64,000 nucleotides of DNA from positions 558,001 to 622,000 of the forward strand of contig OZ287072.1 in the NCBI GenBank assembly GCA_965645245.1. Reading direction: 5' to 3'. The translations under genes and the position numbers were made by a program. The notes below the pieces were generated by a model. The model was not told the DNA's origin. It made no database searches and saw only the letters and a program-made list of their open reading frames with translations. This stretch comes from Massalongia carnosa. Lineage: Eukaryota. Position 1 is the stretch's first letter. Each line of letters starts with the position of its first letter. Shown here piece after piece: positions 34,407-48,337 of the stretch.

Positions 34407-36183
34407 ATGGCTACTCGCTCGTTTTCCTCTGTAGTTATCTTCGGATGCTTGATGTGCTGCATTATCACTCAAGAAATCCCACTACCTCTCCAAGTTCCCA
34501 CGTCTTCAAAGCACTATGGACCGGATGGACCTTGGCAAGCCGTCACCGTATTTTATGGAGATCCAGGTCAAGCAGTCGACCTTTACCCAGCCAGTGTTTA
34601 TGAATCCATCATCCTAACGAACAAAGTCTGCCAAGGAGTTTCGCTCACCCCATGTGGGTCAGGAGGAATGTTTGATCCTGCCAACTCGCCAGGCCTGGAT
34701 GATACGTCCATAGAGTTTTCAGACCATAACGACGGTTTTGATGTAGACTGGAGTTTAGGAGCCTTGCGTATTGGAGGGAACGCCCATTTTGCAATGGACC
34801 AGTTGACCTTGTTGTCCCAGCAATCGTCGAAGGTGATACCCGGTTTAAGCACCAGATTGATATATAATGTTTCAATAACATATCCCGATGGAAAGGAGTA
34901 TCCACTACAACTGGGGCAATTAGCACTTGGTGGGTCGAATACAAATCAAACGTTTATCGTTAGCCCTGGCATACCCAACATCAACGCAAGCCTTGTTCCG
35001 GGATATCTGTGGGAGCAGAAGGTAATACCGTCATCGTCGTATGGGCTCCACGTGGGATCCGTAGTTCTCGGAATGCCTCTATCTCTCTGGATCGGGGGCT
35101 ATGATCAGTCAAGAGTTCTCGGAAACATTTCTTCTCAGTCGTATGACGTTATAATCGACCTCTTCGCCATCGATCTCCTGGATATTGCGATTGGCATGGA
35201 TCATGGCGGTTCCCCGTTTCCATACAAGAAACGAGAAAACATTCTGGCAGATGGCAACTCTTCTATAACCAACGCGATCTCAGTAGCGATGAACCCGGGT
35301 GCTCCGTATATGAGCCTGCCCAACAGCACATGCGCAGCTATCGCCAAGGACCTTCCTGTAACTTACCAGGCCAAGTACGGGCTTTATTTCTGGAATGTCC
35401 ACGATCCGCAGTATACGAAGATTGTGACCTCGCCTTCGTTTTTGGGCTTCACGTTCCGCGCTTCGGGTATCAAAAGCGTTAATTTGACGGTCAATGTCCC
35501 CTTTCGGCTTCTCAATTTGACCCTCAACGCTCCTTTAATTGACAAACCGACGCAATACTTTCCATGCCAGCCCCCTCAGCTGTCCAGTCAGTATTCCTTG
35601 GGGCGAGCATTCCTGCAGGCAGCCTTCCTAGGCGTGAACTGGAACCAAGGGCTCGGAAAATGGTTCTTGGCGCAAGCTCCCGGCCCCAACACTGGCTCCA
35701 CCCCTTCCGCAACACCCTATCCCGATACCTTCAGCGAGTCTTCCAGCTCGTCCAACGCCTGGTCCGACACCTGGGAAGGCTTCTGGACCCCACTGCCAGA
35801 AGCCGTCTCGACCGCCACCACGGCCATTTCCATAAGCACAAGTGCAGCCGTGATTTACTCCGAAAAAAGCGGGCACAGGCACAGGTATCACAGATGGAGC
35901 CAGAGCTGGCATAGGCACCGCCTCCGCCGTGGGCGTCGCCCTCGCAATAGGCCTGTTCCTGTTTTTTCGCCGTCGCCGCGGAGGTCCAAGCGCCCCGGTG
36001 CCCACTCCGACCTGGCCGCAGACGGATTTCAAGGATGACCCCGTGCAACAAGAGCAGCCGCCCGTCGTGCATGAGGCCCCAGATAGGGAGCTCTCAGAAA
36101 TCTACACCAAAGGTGGTCCTGCGCACGAGCTGCACGGGGTGAGCATCTCGGAGATTGATAGCGGGCACCGGGGGAGAGGTTGA
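34407..36183 (+). CDS. Aspartic-peptidase-fold single-pass membrane protein, frameshifted near 35855-35870
   Basis: Signal peptide, YGPDGPWQAV, SLWIGGYDQSR and LGRAFLQAAFLGVNW. The TM helix GIGTASAVGVALAIGLFLFFRRRR and the tail are in the +1 frame. Confidence 0.8.
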
Positions 36184-37339
36184 TCGTCATTCTTTTTTTG
36201 GGTGGCTGTAAGCATTTAGTTCGCCCGTTTCCGCGAGCGCCGGTATCCTTTTGATTGGGGTAAATATCCATCTCTACGAGCGCGGCGTTCTAGGTGGTTT
36301 CCCCAGCCTTTCATTCGCCAAGTACCAATGTGAACAGGAGTTGCGGTGAAACTCTTCCCCTCCAAAGGTGTCAAAACACCATAACCCTGGGGTCAAAAAG
36401 CCAATAAATTACTTACCTCGATGATACATTTACCCAACCCGCCCCGCCCCGCCCCTTATTTTTTCTGTTCCTTCTCCAACAACACAACCTCTCTCCGACG
36501 CAGCCCCACCGATCCCCCCTACCCCTTTCCACGCCTTTTAAAACCGCCACTTAGAAAATCAATCCTCTATCTGAAACCCAGAAGCGCATTCCAAAGGTGG
36601 TTCCAGGCTATTTCCCGCGCCTTGGATCAAATCAACGGATCAATCTAAGCAAGACCCGAGTCTCAAGCACAGCGACATTCTCCCCCCTTCTTTCGAATTT
36701 ACATTTGCTAAGCACCTCGTCTCTGTACATAAAGCTTCTCCACCACCCCCATCAACGGGCACCTTTAACCACTATTCAAACCCCCCACCCCCTTCTGCCA
36801 CTCCACTAAGTGGGGCTATTCCCCCAGGTCATGGATATCTGGCCTTTTTACCATCCAGGGCTTTTTAGCCGTTAGAGCTGCTACACGGTCGGTGAAAGCG
36901 TGTTTTATCCCTTCGGTTTTAGCGGCAAATTCGAGTTTTCTTAGATCAGGGGCCCTAAATTTTCGAATTAGGACGGGGATGGGGAGTTTTGGAGCGCTTT
37001 TGAAGTGCGCGAAATTTGAAGGGGGGTTGGGCCAAAAATGGATGGTTTGTTCGCAAGGCAATAATAGTAGGTAGGCCTTCCTAATGGATGATGAATACTG
37101 CCAGAAACGACTTGTCTGTACATATTTCGGCTCGGCTTATTAAGCTTGTGGTAATGATTGCCCGAGAATTTGGCTGAAAAAGCGGTGACACACGCTAGTT
37201 AATCGGCACTTGGAAGATAGTGCAATGGGAGACTAGACGAAATTGCTTTTCCATACTTTGTGAATCTCCATGAGTATTCGGGAGAGAGAGAGAGGAGCTG
37301 TGGAGCCGTGTATAATTCGTATGCGAAACAAGTTGGCTT

Positions 37340-38075
37340 TTCATTTCCTCCCTCGGGTTTTCCTTGGCAGCTCCCAAGCGCTATCACCCTGCATCTCGCC
37401 CATGCCGCGAATCGGGAGCTCTGATATGTTTGGCCTTCCCATTTCCGATGTCTTTTGCTCCTGCAGTTCTTACACGGGAAGACAATACTCCGCGTCTAAT
37501 TCGGGTTTTACATATCTACTTGTATTGCTGTTCGTATTGTTTCTCTTTACCAATAATGAATTCATCTGCGATCTCCACGATCTGTGCCACAGGCTCCAAG
37601 TCACCGCGGCAACCAAAATCTCCCCAGGGGAGATTCCAACGCCGATGCCGATTTTTGCGGGTGTCGTAAGTCGTCGTGATGGCGAAGCAGGTGATGAAGC
37701 TTCGGGGTTCGTTGCTGGCGTTGTAGCCAGAAGATTCGAGAATTGATGTAGAGCTTTGTGAATCTGCGGTGGTGGTTTTCGTGGCGGAAGCTGAAGAAGA
37801 AGTCGAGCTAGAATGACGTCAGGTCGTCGTTCAAGCAGAAGAAACTATCGTCGTAAAGGGCACCCCAAGACTAGGGAGCTTAAACCTACCAACGCCAGTG
37901 GTGCAGCAATTGTTAGTGTAGTCGCAGCAAAAATCGAGGTTGCTATTCATCACGTTCTGACCCGAGATAAGATTGGTTCCGCCGTGGCTCGCAACTGGCC
38001 CGGTTGTCAGACTCTTGGTATTGAGAGTATGCTCGATTTAGGGTGGTCTGGGAAATAGCAGATCGGTACATTCTT
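37340..38075 (-). pseudogene. Degraded Cys-rich / Ser-Thr / single-TM (Mid2-like) membrane protein
   Basis: Fragments CYFPD, GGTNLIS..DFCCDYTNNCCTTGVGRF, an S/T stalk with two TGA stops, a frameshift to AKIGIGVGI..., and a tail with ELQ/ELP motifs. Confidence 0.7.
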
Positions 38076-39867
38076 TGGCAGAGCAATTCTTTGTGCAACG
38101 ATCTCAACGCAAACCAGGCTTAAAAAGAAAACTTTTTAACATATGGTATTTTAAGGCAGCATTGTCAACTATCCATTCCATAGGCAATGCGTGAAACATC
38201 TAGTGTGCTTGATAGAGAAACCGACTCGATAGCATAGGCAAAGCTGTCAAGAGAAAAAATGAAAGAAAGTACAGAGTAGGCTGAACATACATAGTATCTA
38301 TGTAATCAATCAAGAACCGCAGCAACCTATCTTTAGGGCGTATCATTGCCTATACACGCTCCGTGCTAGGCTATAGACGATTCGATAACAGTACGGGGCG
38401 CGAGAGTAAGAATTGGTTGCATCCAACCCAAGCGCTTCATTATTGATAGAAGAAGATAGATGTTGAGGAGGCGACAGAGATTTTGCAAGTTTTGATACGG
38501 CGTTGTGTACTCCGTAAGATCTGGTCAAACATCAGAGCTCTCAGCCACGATGCAAGATGGTACTAGCGTTACAAAGCTACCTTAGTAAAGGTATCTATGT
38601 ACGGAATACTCTGTATCTTGGAAAGTATCGATCAAGGGTAATTACAAAACGTGGAAAGGCGGTAACATAAGCAACCGAAACCACTCGCCGGTGGGTGGAA
38701 CGCAGGCTCCTGAAACCGATATTCTACACATTAATGGGAATATCCATCACCTGTATGTTTGGTTGCCTGACCACGATGAAACAGGTAGATGGTTTTTTCT
38801 GCATTACTTTAGCGTGCCAGGGTACTCTGTATCCGGGAGGATTTGTCTACCTGGGGTCCTTCAGTTCCCCAAACATGAAGAAGCGATAGAAAAGGATGAA
38901 AATCTCCCTAGAACTCCCTCCAGCTCTTTGGCTGGTTATCACGGGGGGCCGGCGGAGGAAAGTCTTGTTTTTTTCCTAAAGCGAAGCTGAGAAATGAATA
39001 CAATCTCTCCCCTTAACCCAGAAGCCAAACGCCTCAACGCTATACTTTCTTCCTTATCATCTCTCAATCGTTCATCCATCGGTCCATCCAGTTTCTTATC
39101 TATCCAGTTTATCCACCATTGCCAACTTCCAACCCCCGCTCCAAGAGAGCAAGACCGGTCAAGAACACCCACCCATCGCAAAAAGGACACGAAAGAGGAG
39201 AACCTCCCTAAAACCATTGTTAACGGAAGAGACAATCATCGGCACAGCCAGTTACGCTGTACATACCAGTTCTCGTCGCTCTCATGAAAGAGGGTTCGGG
39301 GCTTGAGATTCATAGACAGACAGACAGAGTACTTGGTAATTATAAATTAACTTGCTGAAGAATCCAACTAGCACGCACCCCACAGTGTTTGGAAGAGGGG
39401 GGGGGGAGGGTTTCCAAACCAAGCCAGGGTGCGATGGGCCAGAGTATCTTCAACTCCCTTCATTTAAGCCTTTGACTTCCGGATTCATGGAGAGCCGAAT
39501 TGTTTGTTTCCAGAAGGTCGGTTTATTAGCTGACCGGATATCCCGGGATAAAGGGGGGGAGAAGGGGGGGGAGAGGGGGGAGAGATAGGGAAGGTGAGGG
39601 AGCAGGTACCCATCTAGTCTAATCTAGCGGATTGCTGTTTCCTGGGGGGTCCAGTACGAAATAGACGAGGGAATATGGGGAGGTCGTAAGCGGACAACGG
39701 GAGGGGATTTGGAAACCGAGGAACCAAGTGGTTATACTCAACTCCCATACGAAAAAGAGGAAGTGAACAAAAAAACTGGGTACGCTTGCACTTTGCGATA
39801 TCTAAATCTCCGAAAACAATACCTTGTCTACTTCCCCTTCCCCCCTTCCTCCCCCCCCACGCAGATA

Positions 39868-41790
39868 TCACCTCACCTTCCCTTCCAACACCACCCTCCA
39901 CTGCGGTCCGTACTTCCTCAGCGCCCACACCACTCCACCGCCACTCCCCAGCGCCACCACGCCCACGACGGTGAACAGCCAGCCGCTCCCGACAGCGGCG
40001 ATGACGGGCTCGGCGGCGACGGCGCCCACGCAGGAGAAGATATTGCGGACGAAGTTGTTGGCGGCGACGCCGGCGGAGGCATTGTGCGGCATGAATTCCG
40101 TCAGCATGGTGGTGACGGTGCCGAATATGATCATGCTGGCAAGGCCGAAGAAGAGGTTGGCTGTTAACTAGAGGGGGGTTCCGGAAGGGGGGAGGGTTGT
40201 TAGGTGGGGAGCTTTTTAGAGGAAGGGTTGGAATAAGATGATGAAAAAGAAAAAGAGAAATTGAACGAAAAAGGACTCACAGGAACAGCCCAGAACAGGC
40301 CTTTTTCCGCCGTCCAGCCGTACCAGATCAAAGCTATTGGGTACACAACCGCCGCCATCCATGCGTTCTCCCGCATGCGGTCTTCGGGAATATAGACGGG
40401 CTTACCGTACTCATCGTAACGTCCCGCTTTCCGAGCTTCGCGCGCCATGATGGTGTCGGTCCACTTGCCGCCGAACATGCTAGATAAGAGGTAGCCGAGC
40501 GAGCTGGGGATGTAGGCCAAGCCGACGTCAATAGTGGAGAAGTTATATGGCGCCTGGGAGAAGTTGACTTCCATGCTGATATTGAGGAGGTACAGCGAGC
40601 CGAAGGTGATGCTGGCGTAGTAGATGGAGAGCAGCACGGCAGGGAAGCGCAGATAGAGGAGTATTTTGAGGGGATCGATGAAGATGCGTTTGGTGATTTT
40701 GACCCATTTCCCAGCGGTTTGCTGCACCGATCGGCGGGAAACCATCCGGTTCAGATCAGGGGGGTTCTGGTCAGCGGGGAGAACTTCCTGTCGCCGTTGT
40801 TCTTCCTGTAATATCGGTTTGATGGACTTATGGGTTTCAGGAAGGGCGAAGAAGAGGAACAGCACCAGGATCACGCCATAGACGGCCAAGAACCATTGCG
40901 TACTACGCCATCCCTGGCCCTCGGTCAAGAGGCCTCCCACTATGGGTCCGAGTAAAGGCGCCAGCAAAGGCCCCAGGTAAAAGATTCCCATTGCACGTCC
41001 TCTCTCCTTCACCTCCCACACATCAGCAATAGTGCCCGCACCCACAGCTGCCGGGAATATTAGTGTTTTATTAGCTGATACAATGTAAACCTGGTTGATC
41101 AAGCATACCTTGGACGCTGGCGGAGGCTCCCCCTCCAAGCATCCGCACGACAACAAACATGCTGATACTTGTCGAAACCGCCCCTAGGATACTAAATAGC
41201 AAGAACAACATGAAGGAGACGAGATAGACTGTGCGACGGCCAAGAGTTTCCGAGAACGACGACCACCATAGGGGAAATATCGACATGCCCAGCATGTAAA
41301 GCGCCACTGAGAGATTGGTGATTTTCCCAGTGGTGTGGAATTCTGCCGTTATTCGAGGGAGCGCAGCTACATCCACCTGGTCAGATTTGGGGATTTGAGC
41401 TTGCTGATTAAGGGGCTTACGAAAGATGATGGTGCTTCCCAGCGGAGCAGCCACGGCGGCCATAGCGACTACAAAGGTGATAAACCATTTGGTTTTGTTC
41501 GGATAGTCCTTTGGCTCCTCGACTTCGGCGAGGATCGTAAATTGCCTGAAGAGTCCATGTCGTTTGTGTCTCGGAACCTTTACTGGCTGGGGTTTAGGCG
41601 AGTCCTGTACCTTTTTTAAAACGCCCAACTCAACATCCTTTTCCTGTGAAATCGTAGCTCCATGGGCACTGTCGATAGAAAGAGTAAGTGAGGATGAGGC
41701 GCCTCTGTCCCGGGCGAGACGAAGTGAGTTTAGTTTACTTGATGGTTCCTGTGGCAGCGGAGCAATGGATTTCTCTGGGTCAGGGCTCAT
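39868..41790 (-). CDS. MFS drug:H+ antiporter (DHA1, Dtr1/Qdr-like)
   Basis: WSSFSETLGRR, GAGTIADVWEVKERGRAMG and ANNFVRN. Introns 41367-41420, ~41050-41108 and ~40169-40280. Confidence 0.93.
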
Positions 41791-44319
41791 GGTTCCAGAC
41801 GTATTCCAATAAGTACTTCAATCGTTAGGTTATTCACGGTGATTTGGAGATTGTCCATCAATAGGGACGTTGATTATCAAAGTATACATTTGAGAAGACA
41901 GTCTAGAAATGAAAAGGACCTTCAGAAGGAGTACACGAGATCTTCGATGCAGATAGTAAAGCAGCCGTGAATTTATACAAGCGTTACAATCGCGTAATAT
42001 CGACCAATTTCAGAGTAACTTAACACTCTCTGACGCGAGAGAGGAGGAGAAAGAAACGCAGAAACTCGAAGAGTCACAGAAATCATTGTTCTTCACACAA
42101 GACTAGCAACTCTGCCCTGCTGATAGTGGTACGGGAGAGAAAAGCGGGAGATCTGCCTCGAGCTTGCGTTGCGGGCTTGCAACCCATTGCGGAAGTATTC
42201 CATCATACGCGATGATCTCATCGCGTATCACGAGCCATTCGAAAGGTAGTCTGGGGATGGTGGAAGGATGATGAGAGGATGGTAGAGTAAGTGGTGGGGG
42301 GAGAGAGATCTCGCTCACTATCCCAATTGGTGCATTTTCCAGAAAACCCCCAGAAACTCCCGTGTCAGAAGCCGTAGGATGGACGGTTTAGACTTTGAAG
42401 CCCGAAGAGAACGCTGCAATAGGTGGACTTGGCTGTGTAATCCTTGTTGATACTTAAGACTTCATGCTCTGCCTCCTTTATCGGCGACCGATAGTGTCCC
42501 GGAGTGGGAGGGACGGATGGAACTGTCGACATTCCTTTCTTTAAAAAGACCACCAACTGAAGTTGCCATATACTGGCAATCAAGTGCAAAGAACGACACG
42601 GTCCGCAAACTGCGCTCTCAATTCCGGCCTTTCCGCGATAAAATGCACAGGAAGAAAAAAAGGATTTCCTCTTTGCTTCCCAAAAACACTGATGAGTCTT
42701 TTGCTATACATTAATGTTAGGCGATCGATGCAGTCAAACCTCGCTCACACACACACACACACACGTAGCGTGCAGGTCGATTAGCACCCCACCACCACAA
42801 ACAAATCCCCGGAACACGAGGGCCTGCTTAAACATCGTCCCATATACGCTCCATGTACGTGTGTATGTGTGTGTATAGGTATGTGTGTAATGCCAAACCT
42901 GTCAGCGAGCAATGGGTAACTGCAGGGGAAAGAATGACAGCCACAGAAAGTTTATGCGATGCATCCGCGTTCAGCAAGTTACGCGATTAGGTTGTGGGAC
43001 TGTAACGGGAGACGTCCAGATGATGCGGTGAGAGAGAGAGACTGAGAGAGAGACGTTACGTATGTTTTTTTTTGGTTGTTATGCCTGGGGATGAACAAGT
43101 GTTACATTTCCTACGAAAGGGCTCAACTCATTGCCTATGATTGACGGGTCTAAAAATTCTCAAGAATGTGATGCCGTAGCTTCAGGCTCTTTCTCCTCAC
43201 CTGGAATCAAAAACCAAATTATCAGAACGCAAATGGAAATGGAGATGGAAATGGAAATGAAAATTAAATACCAAAGCTTGAAGAAGTGGACAATTTTTCT
43301 CCAGCCGATCCGATGCACTGCGTTATGTTCCACAGAAGGCCCCAACCAAAGCCTATTTTGAACGATTCCCAACCGTTGAAGCAATCGCTGCATAGTAACT
43401 ACCCTCTCAAATCGCAAGAAAACTAATCCCATCAGAATACATCCGCTGTTTCACACCGAGCACGCTTTCCCCTAGACTAGCGCCGTCTAAAGATCCAATG
43501 CACAAGCTACCACCAAATCATCGTTCCTCCTTCAAGCTCAACCCTCACCCGAATATCTGCCGCTTTAACAAACCACTCACCAGCCCACTCTATGACCCAA
43601 ACTCCAACCCCAACCCAAATCCCAACCCCACCCCTCTTCCCCCCATCTTCTAGCGATTCGCCATGATGCGATTCCCAACCCCCCGCCGGGAGTAAAGAGA
43701 GAAAGAGAGAGATAGAAATAGGAATAGAGACAGAAGGCGATGCGAAAAAAACCTCCACCCCCCCTCTGCAGGCTCTGTCGGACAAACTTTGCAGGCGCTG
43801 ACAGGGTCAGACCGCAGGTGTGGGGAGAAGATGCTAATGGTCAAGGGTAGCTTTTTTAGTTGGTTGGTGAGTTGGAAGACGTATAGATAGATGATGTAGA
43901 GGAAAGGGAGACGGGGATGGATGAGAGGACATCAAAGGGGAGAGCATGCCGGTTTGTGATCCACGATTAAGCGTTCAAAGGGCTTTGGAAGGGTGGAGGA
44001 ATTCAACTGGGGTTGGAACAGTAGCAGTCGCTAAGATTTGTCGCGGACAGTGCAAATGGTTCGACGATGAGCCAATGCGAAAAGGGATGGACATGTCATG
44101 GTAGGATTTTTGAGGAGCAAACGTTTCTCCATCCATAAATAATACCTAAAAGCAAACTTATCGAAAGAAGGATAGACAGGCCAGGGTCATAAGTTCATGC
44201 CATTTAGGGCCGGAGCTTTTTGATAGACATTACGCTAAACTCGAATCATACCCTTGCCTTCAAATGGCTTCCACATGGGATTCGAATGGACACATATGAT
44301 CATCTATGATCATTCTTTT

Positions 44320-47300
44320 TCATGCGCTCGGTACAAAAAGTCTAATCCCGCTTGCTGGTGCTCCGATTTCACAGACCTCGCACACTTTACATAGCTTTGC
44401 TTTATATTGGGAGTGGTATTTCGAGCCATCAAAAGGACACGTGACACTTGGTGATCCCCCGTAGATCGGGGTGTAAGAAGCCGCGCAAACGTCGAATTCT
44501 GCAAACGGGTCAAACTCAATGTCCAGTTTGTCCTGCGGGCTACGCTCGCATTGGGCTTTGAATTTCTTTGCCTATTCCTTGTTAGCTGACTTGTCCACGC
44601 ATGTGTTATGCTCAACCAAATACCTGATCCAGTAATTTCGCCGAACCTCCATTGGCGAGCATTCGGTTTGCGAAGCTGAGCGCCGAGGAAAAGTTTTTAT
44701 TTGTGAATGCGAGCTTCATGGCCGCCATCAATGCTAACTGCCGATGAGTAACTTCAAGCTTGGGTATTGTGAAGTAGGCAGAGAGCTCAAGGCTTCGCTT
44801 AAGGTTGGCTTCTCCGTCCGGATCGATAGACCTACGTTCAAGCTCGAGGGCCATTGCGGTGGCATACTCTGCAGCTGTGGAGATGATCTTTTTGGCCTCA
44901 TTTACTTGCTGCTGCGTGGATACTGCATTCACCAGAAGCGAGTGGAGAATTCGCTTGAAAGTCCTCAAACCGTCGTCGAGCTTATTTGACCTCATTGCTC
45001 CGTACCCTTCTTGCAGATCAACGGTTGCAATTGATTCAAGATCTCTTGGTATAATAGGCAAGACTTTTCGTGGATCTGTTTCGTCGACCGTTCTCCGAAC
45101 GTAGTTGATCAAAGAGGGTAAACCTGGGCTAGCAGGTAAGTAAGTCTTTGAAGCCTGGTACACTTGAAAGAAGCGAGGCTTGAGTGGTGCAAAATTCACC
45201 GCTCCAACTTGGCGGTTGAGAAGCTGCATCGCTGTCTCAAATGATCCACCAGCAACATGATCTGCAGCTATAGGCGAGTTACGAGCCCATAAATCAGCTT
45301 CGCTGCTACTTGTACCAGCGTCTGTGCTATCGACATTAACAAAGTCGGATTCGGCTTCAACGTTAATATCATCCCCCATATCCCACCCCCCAACCTCTTC
45401 CTCCTCTTCTTCGTCATGATGATCGTGTTCGCCATTGACCTCCGTCTCCTTGGCGCCGCCACTGTGATCGAAGCCATTTGAGGCTTGGACGACGTTGTCA
45501 TCAGTAGCTCCCACTTCTCCAAGGAGAGCCTTCTCGAAGAACGAATGTGACGCAGCTTTGACTGGCCAATTGGATTTGTACGTTGAGACTATTGGTTTCG
45601 GTGGCTGCAGCAATTGGCCCACATCGGGAAGGTTTATCTGGTCCTCGGTTAAGCCGCTTGCTTCAAGTATCGATTGGCACTCTTCGTCGAGCCCATGTGA
45701 CTTGGCTGTCACATAAGCAAGGGGATCTGTGAGAGGTTAGCAAACTCGAGTTGGCCGACACCAGAAAACTACAATACATACATAGGTCAATTTCCTTGAA
45801 CATCTCAATCCGATTTTGAACGTCACCAATGTATAAGGCGTTTTGAAAACGAGATGTAAAATCTCCACGGTGCTCTGCAATTTTCGCCATGCGAGCAAGT
45901 TTCTCCTCGTCTCCGGTTGCAAGGTAAAGGAAGGATAGTTTATCGAAGCTGCGTAACTTTTGATAAGTCATTTCCACTATTTGATGATTGCCGTGGGATA
46001 GCGCTTCGGTACCTAGCCGAGTCCACAGCTTTGGCCGGTCGAGTTGCTTTGCCATTTCTACTGCAACGTCAAGGTTTCCACACTCAACGGCAAGCTCGAA
46101 TCGAGTTTGAGAATCCTGAACGAATTGTAATGCAATTTCAGGATATCCTTTCTTTTGTAGATATGAGATGATGCTCTGGCCGACAAGGCTTGATGTCTTG
46201 ATAATCTGTAGCATCTCTTCGTAGTTGCGTTTTACCAACGCAAGCTTGAAGCGATATTCAGTTGGATCAACTTCTAGCACTTTTGGCTTCGATGCTCGAT
46301 CAAGACAGTACACGCTTCGTGCTTTGACCCGCACCAAATATACAGTCTGATCGAGGGTTCGCACGATCCCATTGTCCCTACGCAGAGTCAGTAAGATTTT
46401 TTGGCGAATCAGTAGGAGATTCTACCCGTTCAATAATGTGTATTTAATGTGATTTAGAGTTGAGTAAAGTAAAACACCTGCATCGTCCCACGCCGCAGAC
46501 TTAATTCGAATGGTCTCATGAAGAGTGCTAACCTGTTCCAGAGTTTTGGTGACAATCGTTACGTTATGTTTGCTAAGGAGCGCAGCATACAACCCATCAC
46601 TAGACCAAACGACATATTTCACTCCTGCAACAGTCAATTCAGCCAGCTGTTTTTTCTGCTGGATATCATAGAGAGCAACCAAAGTCGGAGCTATAAGGAG
46701 GAGGCACCCAGTCCCGCCAAAGTAGATATCAGTGGTTCCTGGAGGAGGTTTTATGGTCTTGGTCGTTGAATTTGCGAGATCTTTGATATCTATCTGCTGG
46801 CTCGACTGTGTAAAGACTGCGAATCTATTACGAGCGACAAATATGGCCGAGGTTCCCTGCCCGCGCTTCATGTCCGTCGGTTCCAGAGCACCGGACGCAT
46901 CCCGTGGTAAATTAACAAGCTCATAAGTGCCGTTATCAGCAGGTGAGGTGACCAGAACGGCTCGCTCGGCAGGATTATAAGAGAGTGATCGAGGTGGCGT
47001 CCATGGGCTGCCAAGTTTCTTGAGAGAAAGGAGCGATGGAGTTTCGCTGTTCTTCGAGAAATCGTATGACCGTAAATTCTTTTCTTTCGTAATATAAAAA
47101 AGTTGGTTTTGATAAATCGCCGAGGCCGGTCGTTCCCTTTCGAGTTTGAATACCATTACCCCATTATCGTGGCCGGCAGCGAAGAGATTGATTTCTGGAT
47201 GAGCTGCTATGACCCAGAACCTATCGTTTTCACGTTTGAATGATTGCACCGACGTACGCTTGTTCAAGTCCCAAACCCGAATAGTCTTGTCTTCGCCAAC

Positions 47301-48337
47301 GGACAATATTAGGTCTTGATGAGGGTGAAAAAGACAGCCTGAAGAATTCTGGAAGTGACCTCGACAAGTATCAACCTCCCATGCCTTGGTTTCTAACCGG
47401 TCTTAGCGTGTGTAATCGGAAGGACGAGGTGTTTGCCATACCACTCATTCTCCATAGCTTAACAAGCCTATCATCACCTGCTGAGACAATTAATGGAAGC
47501 GTAGGATGGAAGGCGACCCAGTTCACGCCACGATCATGGCCTTCGAGAACAAACTTTACAACTGCGTCCGTATTTCCAAACATATCAGCCTGATTTGTGT
47601 TGGCACGCGACATCTGATCCTCAAATGTCATCGATGTCGGTGCCGAGTGCTTCTTCCGTAAACCCGATATGTCCCATACCCGGACGGACTGATCCAGGGA
47701 TGCAGAGACAATTAAGTCGTCTTTGGGATGGAATTGGGCACACATTGTATAATGATTGTGGCCTGTCATTGTGCAGACTGGAGTTGGTCAGCATGAGCAT
47801 GTACATCTACGCAGAGTTTATGGACAGACTAAGTGACCTATTTTGCCAATTCCAGATCCGTATTGTTTGATCGTCTGAGCTAGACAGTATCCAAGGAAGT
47901 TCATGATGAAAAAACACAGTTCGAACATAGTCCAGGTGGCCATTGAGAGTGAAGAGACATCGACGGCTTTGGTATGACCAAACCTTGATCTTGTAGTCAT
48001 CCCCCCCGGACACGAAGAGCGGCTGCGTATTGTGGAAGTCAATCCCCCTGACCGGGCCATCATGTTCTTCAAATCGATCTATCAATGTCCCCATTCGATA
48101 GTCCCATAGCTGGATGGTGGAAGAATGCAATGATACAAGGATCCACGGTCTATATTATGTTATTAGTCTGCATGGAAATGAAGTGCGAGCTGGGCTCCGA
48201 TGCATACCTCTTCGGGTGGAAAGCTATACCTTTCGCTCTTGAGGACTTCGATTCGAACTAGAAGTAGTCGTCAGTATCAAATACACTACTCCATCAAAGC
48301 GCTCTACCTTGGTCAACATATTTGGTGTGGACTGCAT
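44320..48337 (-). CDS. COP1: Coatomer subunit alpha (COPI)
   Basis: [29 protein letters not shown]40 repeats ([22 protein letters not shown]), [14 protein letters not shown] and C-terminal [10 protein letters not shown]. Seven introns. Confidence 0.98.

Noticed and set aside
36300..37080. C-rich then G-rich intergenic segment resembling a transposon end
   Set aside because: No convincing inverted repeat, TSD or coding remnant was found.
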